This document shows positions 45,420 to 55,096 of a stretch of 64,000 bases of DNA, piece after piece. The stretch spans positions 1,167,791 to 1,231,790 of the forward strand of contig BCGN01000007.1 in the NCBI GenBank assembly GCA_001599295.1, in the 5' to 3' direction. The notes beneath the pieces were generated by a model. It searched no databases, was not told the DNA's origin, and saw nothing but the letters and a program-made list of their open reading frames with translations. Numbering within the stretch: position 1 is the first letter of the stretch; each line of letters begins with the position of its first letter. The position numbers and the translations under genes were made by a program. Source of the DNA: Sporopachydermia quercuum (lineage: Eukaryota).

Positions 45420-47250
45420 TCAATCAACTTCAATAACTTCATCCGTCACTTTTATCTCGTCAACGCATCCCCAACAATGGAATCAATCCTCTTAGCAAAG
45501 GAAACCACTCATTCATTTTGTATTGGGTTAGTCCCTGTATCAAGAACACCCCTCTGTTTTGTCACGTTTTCCTTCGGATACTTGTCCCTATTCGGTATAA
45601 GCGTGACAAGCTAGTTTTGTGACACGGGTATCATAATCCGATGACACCCGTGTCATGGGATCGGATTAATTCTAATGCTTACTTAGTCCAATTACATTAT
45701 TTCTAAAGTCATAATAGTGATACCCCAATTTCGGAGAACTTGAGTAACTCTAGATGAGATGAAATGGGAGAAGAGACAGCATCAAAGACGCCTTTTTGAC
45801 AATGGGCTTAATGGAACCCCACACTTAAGAATAAGCTTCTGAACCCTTAGAAGTGGCCTCCATTATACCAAATTTGTATCTTAAGAGCCATACATATATA
45901 TCTTACAATATTTGATACTATTTGATACTATTTGGCATTAATATTTTTCTGATGGCATATCTATCGATTAAATCGAAGAACGACTACAGTAAAAGTTCGT
46001 GCGTGGTTGGTAATGTGGTAGGAATTCTTCTGTTGTGAATTAGCTGTGGGTGCCCCACAGTTATTAAGATCCTTCGTTACTTTATATGTAGTTTATCATA
46101 GCTCTGAAATCAACTGGATCCTCCTCTAACTCCAGAAAGAATGTGCTTATTTTGGTCAGTTTTTAGACCGATTTAGCTCATATGACAGTCGATTTGTTCA
46201 GTTTCTATTTATTTAACGGGAATTTGGTTATTGCATTTTAGCGCGGAACCACTCACGACCCTGGTTGCAATTTCATGGTGTAGAGAGAATTTGAACTCAA
46301 CGACCCCACGATGTTTTCATTACTGTATTAAGTTGTATGTGGGTTACTATTTACATAATTAGTTTGCTAGTTATAATGCAGTTGTTTGTATGTCGTAGTG
46401 AAAATGGAAATAATATGACGATAGACTTTGAATCATTGGACCACTATTACGATTACATACATGATGGATAACATCCAAACTCATTGATGTAATACCTTAA
46501 ATTTCAGTGTAGTACGGCGATCAAGTAATATTTATCCGTGTTTCCATATTTTCCCCTTACTTCCTTTTCCATTTCTTCTGCTAAAAAGTGCTCTATCATA
46601 CATTTCATATCTACATCCTATTACTCTTAAATAAATTCATTCAATCATTAAATATATAAAACATAATAAAACAAGATGACTGATTTATACGAAAGTAAGC
46701 AAATGCTAGCAAAAAAGAATTATAACCAAACTTTTCTTTTCCTCTTTTCTCTTCTCTTCTCTCCGCATTCCTCTTAATGGCCCAACTAATCCGTTACTTC
46801 CTTCCTCCTTCGTTACTTCATCTGTAGTTTCTTTCCCTATGACATGATAATCAATCCATCCATTTCCTTTAAATTCCAAGTTGTTGCTATCATAAAAAAG
46901 AAATAAAAAAAATAGAAAAAAAAATAAAATAATCCATAGTAATTAACAGGTTTTGATAACCAAAGAGAAAAACAGGTATAAAACGATACACAACAAAAAT
47001 AACATAAATCAATAGATGAAACAAAACAAAAAAAAAAATTAAAAAAATAACCCCAGTTCATAAACCTTTGAAACCGTAAATGAATAACCAAATAAATAGA
47101 ACAAAAATTAACATAACCAATCAAATAATAGCTGCTGATAGCCATAGCACCTTTAGAATGTCCAAGAGGCCCAAGGATAAATAAATAGATAACTAACAAT
47201 GACAAACAAAAATTCCTTTAATCTTCCTCCTTTGTCATGACATTATTGAG

Positions 47251-48969
47251 TTATCTGACCACATATTCTTTATCTTCTGTACCATCTCTAATGAAACAAT
47301 TGAAATATCCACTAACATTGGCGTTAGTTACTTGAGGAGGAGCAGTTGTTGATGGCGATGTTACATTACTAACAGCTGGAGGTAATTTATTATAAGTGAC
47401 ACCAATACCGGTATCTTTAGTAGGGACTTCTTTAACCTCTTCTCTTCCTTCTTTTTCGCCGTACTGTTCATCGACGTCAGAGTCTCTATAAACAGTGTTA
47501 TAGTCATAGTGATATTCATATCCACGATAAGTCTTGGTATTATGTGACTCAGCGGCTGTATTCACAATGTATTCATCTTCGTCACCACCATTGCCATAAT
47601 TCTCACCATTATCCCGTATTCCATCATTTGCAATCGCCGATCCGTCATTATCATTATAGTAATAGCATTCATCTTCTTCGTTATAAATCATATTATTGTC
47701 ATACTCGTAGTTATAACCATAATCATAATCTTCTTCGCCATAGCCATGCTTTAATGTTGTTGACGGCAAAAATGCAATAGTACGAGCATTGGAGCCACTT
47801 TTCCTCTTGACGGCACTATCCCTGCATTCTAATGCTTTTTTTATATGATGGATTCCTAAAGCATAGTCACCATCTTCTTCCTCCTCTTCTTCCGCTTCCT
47901 TCCTGTTTTCTGACACATCATTATAATTCAACGATATGCACTGTTCTACGACCTCATTGAAATGTATCCTTCTCTCTCTGTTGTTGATGGAATCAAAAGA
48001 TTCATTCTTTTTTATGCTCTCGCCTTCTTGTTGGTGAAGGTCTTGAATCCTTTCTGGTTCAGACAAGCTATTCGTTCTTTCGCTGACTGATAAGTAGTTG
48101 TCATTCAATGAAAGAGTTCGTCTACAGGGACTCATATAACCAGCATAAGCATTGGCTGATGCTTGCTCGCGAATCTTCATTTCCTTTAGTTCTTTCACTC
48201 CATCTTCGATCAATGACGAACGAGCAATCATAATCTGCGACAAGCTTCTTCTTTTCAAAATAGGCTTGTTCTTCGAATAGAATGAAGCATCAATAGAATT
48301 TCCTCTACTTGGAGATACGCTGTTTGTTCTCAACGACTGTTGATATCTANCAGAAATCTCCTCGTCAATAGATGAAAAACTGGTACAGGGTGGTCGCTTA
48401 GTGGCCTCCTTCTGTTCTTTCTCCTCTTCTTTGATGATTGGTCCGTAGAGCCAAGTGACATCAGAATCTTTCAACCAGTTTACAGATTCTGGAGAAATTG
48501 TTTTCAGATTGAACTTGCTTTTCATCCAAATTCTCCAGGATGCGTTTTCCAGTCTTGCTGCATTGGCGACATCTTTTCTGCAAGATGTGACGTATTTCCA
48601 ACAATTTAGAAGTTCCTCGTCCTTCCACTCATGTGAGAAATAATCAACATGCAGAACAGGTTCAGCTGTTAATGCACAGTCGTCGTGAGACGTCAGTAGA
48701 GTAGAATCAGATAGTGAGTAGCTGGAGCTGGAAGAGAAAGATGATGTTGATGAGTATCCATCAGGTTCTACCTCCTGTTCTTCTTCGTCTTCATGACCAA
48801 ACTCATCTTCTTCTGCTTGAGAAGCTTGATGGTATATAAGATCTGCAGCAGCTGAGTCGATCATTTTATAATAATCAATAAGGCTGTCAGCTGTGGCTTT
48901 AGTTGTGCCTGGGATAGGTGTGTCGTATTGGGTGCTGATTTGAGGATTAAGTAAAGTTTCCTCAATCAT
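47251..48969 (-). CDS. Reg1-like PP1 (Glc7) regulatory protein (Reg1/Reg2/YKR075C-YOR062C family)
   Basis: VDYFSHEW..RLENASWRIW..KTISPESVNWLKDSDVTWLYGP domain, KPILKRRS, and an RVxF-type motif RRIHFNEVVEQCI. Confidence 0.85.
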   Translation of the reverse strand: MIEETLLNPQISTQYDTPIPGTTKATADSLIDYYKMIDSAAADLIYHQASQAEEDEFGHEDEEEQEVEPDGYSSTSSFSSSSSYSLSDSTLLTSHDDCALTAEPVLHVDYFSHEWKDEELLNCWKYVTSCRKDVANAARLENASWRIWMKSKFNLKTISPESVNWLKDSDVTWLYGPIIKEEEKEQKEATKRPPCTSFSSIDEEISXRYQQSLRTNSVSPSRGNSIDASFYSKNKPILKRRSLSQIMIARSSLIEDGVKELKEMKIREQASANAYAGYMSPCRRTLSLNDNYLSVSERTNSLSEPERIQDLHQQEGESIKKNESFDSINNRERRIHFNEVVEQCISLNYNDVSENRKEAEEEEEEDGDYALGIHHIKKALECRDSAVKRKSGSNARTIAFLPSTTLKHGYGEEDYDYGYNYEYDNNMIYNEEDECYYYNDNDGSAIANDGIRDNGENYGNGGDEDEYIVNTAAESHNTKTYRGYEYHYDYNTVYRDSDVDEQYGEKEGREEVKEVPTKDTGIGVTYNKLPPAVSNVTSPSTTAPPQVTNANVSGYFNCFIRDGTEDKEYVVR

Positions 48970-49861
48970 TATTGGTCGTGCTGTGTTTTGATGGATTAAT
49001 TAATCACTGATGTGAAATTGGGTATTTGTTTCTGTTGTAATAAATCTGCAGCTTACCAACTGTCAGATCCTTTTTCTGGGGTTAATCTCAAGAGTGTATT
49101 CTTGAATAACAGAACCTCTCTGTTGTTTGTTTGTTTTACTGTAGTAGATGTGAATTTGAATGTTTTTTCTCTTTCAAATCTCGCTGTTATAATGCTTAAA
49201 ATAGTTCGACTTTCCAAGCATTTTCTTCCTAGTTAACAATACTCCCTTCCTGCTTCCTTTCTAATGTCTCCTACTAGAAGCTCATTCAATCCTAAGCAAA
49301 TAACTACCAAGTAATCTGACCACTATTATCTGAGTATTGTATACCTTCTGATTTACAATGTGATGTGCGTGCGAGTGTGGGGAAGAATAAGCAAGCAGAC
49401 TTCTCTTTCTAGCATCAAAGGTTTGACTTANAATAGAAAATATTAATAACGGGCGATTTCCTCTATATAAATGAATTTGAAGATTAGAATAAAAGCGGGC
49501 AAATGAAAAGAGTAACAGGAATGAATGAAAAGCGTAATGGTTTATAAAAAGAAATAAAATAAGAAAATATAAAAACGTTATGGAAGAAACGTTTTCCGAT
49601 TGAAATTGAATAAAGTTAGAAGATTATTGGATGTACTGGATTGAATGAAATTGGTCCACTAGCGGAATATTTTTATTTAAGTTTAGCGGGAATAGGGCGA
49701 GACAGAAGAAATAATAAAAAAAGAAAAAGAGAGACAGAAAATTGTCATGACAATCAAGTGAGGTTATTTGATCGCTATTTTTGACCGGGGTTAATGTTAC
49801 TGTCGTAGAAACATGTGGGGCAAAATAGACATCATGTGAATGTGTTGGATGAATATGACAA

Positions 49862-49909
49862 TGAATGTGAAGGTGAATGTGGAGGTGAATGTGGAGGTGA
49901 ATGTGAAGG
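49862..49909 (+). repeat. 12-bp tandem repeat (TGAATGTGRAGG)x4
   Basis: Read directly: TGAATGTGAAGG TGAATGTGGAGG TGAATGTGGAGG TGAATGTGAAGG. Confidence 0.9.
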
Positions 49910-52900
49910 CGTCCGTTGGCTGAATTAAATGGATTGACTAAACTGCTGTAACAGTAATATGTGATTACGATGGTGTGTCAATAGGATGCGTGAATGTGAT
50001 AAAGGAAAATATGAGGCACGGATTAATTCCTCACTCGGATATGTAACTCGAGATTATTGTCAAACTCTAAATGGCTCCTGAACCTACTACAGTCGATGTG
50101 GACTGTATATGCATATAGATAGAGTAGAGATAAAAAAAAATTAAAAAAAATAGAAAAAAAGAATAAAGAATAAAGAATTGGGACCATTAATAGATTAAGT
50201 AAATACCTTATCATTAAAATCGAAGTTTTTGATGGAGGTGGGTTTTCGATCGAAATACCCATTACTTTGTCTGATGTCAAAAGTAGCACACATATTCACG
50301 AGTTGAAATGAGTTGAGTATTACTTAACTCATTTTACCACAAAATAGCCTTGCCATGGTGATAGAAGTTCATACGAATACAAGAGTTTACTTTATAATGC
50401 AATACCTGTTCATTAGCAAATCGTTCATTTCAACTAGAATCCAGCCTCGCTAACGTATCCTAAGATCATAGAAGCTCGAGAGTAGTTCACAGGAGTGGAT
50501 TCAAAAGGTTTTTCCGACCTTTTTCACTGGTGTTCTTTCTTTTCTTTTTTTGCCTGTAACTCACAATTTCGAGTAACCTATTCGTGCTATCATAATAACC
50601 AATGTAATGGCACCTTTCGTTTTAATTTCTTTTCCTAGCTAGGTTTTCAACTGCTCAAATCGTTTGAATCATTCATTCTTTTTACAGTTCTCTTAGTTTC
50701 CCTGACATATTATTGACATAACCTAGTCTAGTCAATCGAAATTAGTAATGGTTTCTAAAGAATCTGAGACTACCTAAAGTCTTATGTCTTGGTGAATGAG
50801 GCTCTTTGTCATGACTTGGCATTAATCACACTTAAGATGACATTGCTGTTTACTTCATTTGATAGAGTGCACTTCAATCTCCAAGTATATTATAGTATGG
50901 ACATGTTTCATCGACCACTTATTGCATGGGTTAACAAGGTAAAAACAACGACAGAACGTAAAATAGATAAACACTAGTTGACACTTGTTAAGATGACTTT
51001 TTCCCAACAATTCACTGCCGTAAGTATGAGGATAAACGATCGGTACTGAAAAAATTTGTCTATTGTTTGTTCATTTGACTTTCTAAATCGAGTCAGGGTT
51101 TATCTTCCTCATAAAGCGGGACAGACAATGAAAGCTCCGGCCATAGTAATGAATAATGAGTCTTATGTGAAAATGAGTGTTTCAATAGATTCAAAATTGG
51201 ATAGAATTGAAATTGGAAATCTCCTGGAGCACATAGCATAGCTAGATTAATAGAGGTACTGATAACAAATATGATAAAAAAAAAAGCTCTCCCTCCTTAT
51301 GGGGTCTACAAATAATTCTAGTCGGAAGTAGGAACATTGTGCGTGTGCTAATAACTTATTTGAGGTCTCGGATTTGGAGCATTGGATTGTGACCTCTTGT
51401 TAGATNCACACTTTAGCACATTGCGTGTATTTGTNAATCCAATAAATGCCTAGTAAGATCTAATTGAATTCTCATTGTTTTTCTGTTGTATTTGTTCTAT
51501 TCTTTTATCAGTTTACTACCTTAGCAATGAAAATATTAAAATACCCCGGCTTTCATTCAGTATTCTGGTAGGAAGGAGTAAGACATTATCGAGTTCCACT
51601 TCTCCGCATTTTCCAATTTTCTTATTCTATCATTCTTAATTGAATCAACTTCTATTTTTCTAGCCGGTTTCGGTTATTTATCTCACATGTAGCAATATGT
51701 CATCTCTGTTGTCAATTGTCACCCGATGAGTCCATGTCTCACCTTTTATGCGACTCATGACATGATCTTAATTCTGTGATGAGTTCTTATCCTTCAGTTC
51801 TACCAGGGATAGCTGACTGGATGAACTAGATCATGGTTAAGGGTCCGTTAACGAATGTTGCAACTTCTACTGTTTAAATATCTTGAGTTTCTATTGTTAC
51901 CCACTGAAGTCACTTACAACTGAGACAAGTAGATGGATACTTCGTGGACCTACATAGTATAAATCTTCGGCTCTCCTTACATATCGGTTACAAGTACAAC
52001 ATATACTATTGACCTACAGGGCTGACTCCAGCAGCCATGGATGTTCACACGGCTGTAGATTCAAGTGTCTCTGGAGATTCATGCACTGAGTAGCGGTTTC
52101 AATCCTGTTATATGATTGATAAATCAATCACTATTAATGAGAAGTAAACCAAATACATAGTTGCTCATAAGAAAAATCTCAACCTTAAGTCACGAGCAAT
52201 CGACACCCAGTTTGGACTTGACAAGTTCTCATTAAATACTTCAATATCTATCTTTCTTTGATATTGAATGAATGAATGAACACGATTTTGATTCAAACTC
52301 GAATTTTCGTTTAACTTTGAAGAAATTTTCTTCATCATAGTGGAAAATTTCCTCTTCCTCTTTTTTTTTCCTGATTCTTTTTCAGCTAAGGATGAGATTC
52401 ATGTCGTCTTCGTTGCCTGTTTCAGAAATAAACCTTAATAAGTTTTTCCGAAACTTTAACTTTAGCGGATTATTTTTTTGGTTTTTTGTTCTCAGCATTC
52501 GAAGAAGGAAAGTTATATTGAGGGAATTTTTTTGGGAAACTATTTTGATCCTGGAACAAATAAATCAAAAAATGGTGAGATTATTATATCACGGTAGAAA
52601 GAGTTTAAGACATGTAGGAAATATTGCCTTAAAGTCGATGAATTGTAATATTTCTTTTGGTATAATTAAGTAGTATGTCATGTCATATTGTCACTAATAT
52701 ACCATGATGTCGAGATATGCTCTTAGATACGCATGTGAAAATATTGGTAATAATGCATTTTATATTTAGTACGCGATAATAAAATGAAGAAGTAGTAGTG
52801 TAATTATTAATCATGTCCTAGAAACTTTGCATGTGACAGAAGGACCACAGGCAAAAAACACAGGTAAGAGGTGTGGGTATAATTGTTGGCCATCATGTGC

Positions 52901-54094
52901 TTATGATGTCAGTAGCAGAGGAGTGTGATTGTTGGCTACTACATGTTTCCCACAGGAAAAGGCTCGCCAACAGTATTTACTGCTTGATTGAAATCAGGCT
53001 CATGTCATGAAATCCAGATGATCTTGGTTAGGATCAATTGTACTCTCTGCTTCATCGGTCCATTTCGCATATATTCAAAAGGGAGACAAAGAGAAATAGT
53101 ATTTTTTATGTCAAGAATTTTTGATCCTTATTTTCTATTCATTTTTCACTATTCCAATCTACATTATTAACGGCGAGCGAATTTTTTATCTCTCTTTGCC
53201 TCCTGTCTTTTTCCCTTCATCTTCTGGCCCTTTGTTCACACCTAACGCTTTTGCACTCATTTTTTATTTCGTTTTCATCTTGATTTAATTTAATTCCTTA
53301 ATTCGTCTTCGTAAAGCATTTCCTCCCAATCGAAAATCACATGAGAATATTTCCAAATGACTTTAAGGTTTCATTGATAACTAATTTTTCTATTTTTCCT
53401 TTAATGCAGAATGTGAAAACTGAAATTGTGAGGAAATCAACAAATACTAAAGTGAGAAATTATTTATAGTGTTAACTGTTGTACTTGTAGATTATTCAAA
53501 TGTTGAGTTGGATGATTGGCTTAATTTTACTTGGTTTAATTCTTTTGATGGTAATTTAATTAATGTCAAGGTTTCATGGGGAAAGATTACAGTTGAGTGA
53601 TACCATAGCACAATGTATGATGAGTGAGTGAAACATAGTTGGGAGGTATAGTTTTTATTAGTATCGTTAACCTGAACTTTGAATAGTACTAATTTCTAAT
53701 GCACTTAATTGGTATTTTATTGTTGATAGTTGTCGTAAATACTATTGACCTGAATACGTAATATTCTGTCGATATGTGTGATTATAATTTTTATAAGCAC
53801 ATATCACTTGGTAACTGTTCATATGTAAATGAAACGTACACACCTAAAGGAGACAAAGTGTAGTCTCAGTTCGCAGCACTTCGCTCCATACTTAGTGCTA
53901 ACTACTTATTTCTTTCCAAAATGAATTCGAAAAAAAAAGTATCATTACTTTATACAGCCTGCCACAATAAAACAAGATAATATTCATAGACTACACTCAG
54001 AAAAAGAAATAAATTAAATCCAACATACCATACCTTACCCTGAAATTCATTCCGTAGTGTTCCTGAATATGAAAACGGGAATTCATTTCAACAG

Positions 54095-54189
54095 GCGGAC
54101 TTAGCTCAGTTGGGAGAGCGTCAGACTGAAGTTAATTCGGTCATATGCAGTTTATCTGAAGGTCCTGTGTTCGATCCACAGAGTTCGCA
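54095..54189 (+). tRNA. tRNA-Phe(GAA) with 22-nt intron (54132..54153)
   Basis: GCGGACTTAGCTCAGTTGGGAGAGCGTCAGACTGAAG-[intron]-ATCTGAAGGTCCTGTGTTCGATCCACAGAGTTCGCA, nearly identical to yeast tRNA-Phe; followed by an oligo-T terminator. Confidence 0.97.
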
Positions 54190-55096
54190 TGTTATTTTTT
54201 TCATATTTCATTTTTTTCTTTTCTCTTTTCTCAGTGTATATTCCACTCAACTCCTAGACTGGTTGGTTGTAAAAGTTGGACTCATTCAATCCTTTTATTT
54301 AGTGTTCTCAAGATACAATAGTAATGCATGATTCGCTGGGTTTAAAGTGTCTTTTCTGATCGAATCAAATCAACCTAGGATAATTATATATTGGATCAAT
54401 TGTATGAAAATCAGCCATCACCATATAATATATATAATATATATCCTTTAGAATCATATAAAGAAGATTTGACGGCTTACATTTTGTGTGGTCGCTAATT
54501 GTTTAATTGTTTCTTTATTACAGTCACTGCCCACTTTCTGGCTGATTTTTCTACGTAGCAATGAAATGGAAACTAAACAGAAATCATAGTTAGAATTGTA
54601 CAAGCTTATACACAGTACAGTTGAATCTATAGTAACGTCACTTATCACAACGATTGACAAATTACTGATAATAAATATTCAAACAATCCTATACGGTACT
54701 TTACCATAGGGATCATATAAATTATGTCTCACCTCTGCGAAAATTCCAGCCGACGAGAACTATATGATCATATTTGAATCAGATGTTTCTCTATTATTTA
54801 GGAATAAACAGGGCACTTAAGAGAAAAGCTAGAATAAATGAGCTTTCCATGCCAAATCCAGACAATTCTCAGGTTCTCTGGGCCAGTCTAACTACCCTTT
54901 CAAGACGTGTCTACTTATGTCTCGTTTTGTACGTTTAGTGATAACCAGAGTCAAACTATAACCTGATAACATTCGTCAAAACGTATAAGAATATATAGAA
55001 CGGTCAAAAATCTTCCACGTACGATTCTTTCTCTTGTCATTTGAACAGGATATGTAAAGTACCTTCCAATAGACAGAATAATCAACACCAAACAAG

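Noticed and set aside
45638..45660. Hammerhead-like CCGATGA core
   Set aside because: No viable stem II followed by GAAA.
45525..45812. RNase MRP/P-like motifs (TAGTCCC, AATAGTGA, ACAATGGGCTTA)
   Set aside because: CR-I lacks GAAAG and no P1/P2/P3 helices could be built in the right order; an Rfam scan would settle it.
46506..46526. U2-like GTGTAGTA and GATCAAGT
   Set aside because: The motifs are in the wrong order, with no U2 5' stem or Sm site.
46837..47205. 122-aa hydrophobic ORF right after the Reg1-like gene
   Set aside because: It starts at TTG; the Phe/Tyr/Cys richness and lack of stops follow from a T-rich 3' UTR.
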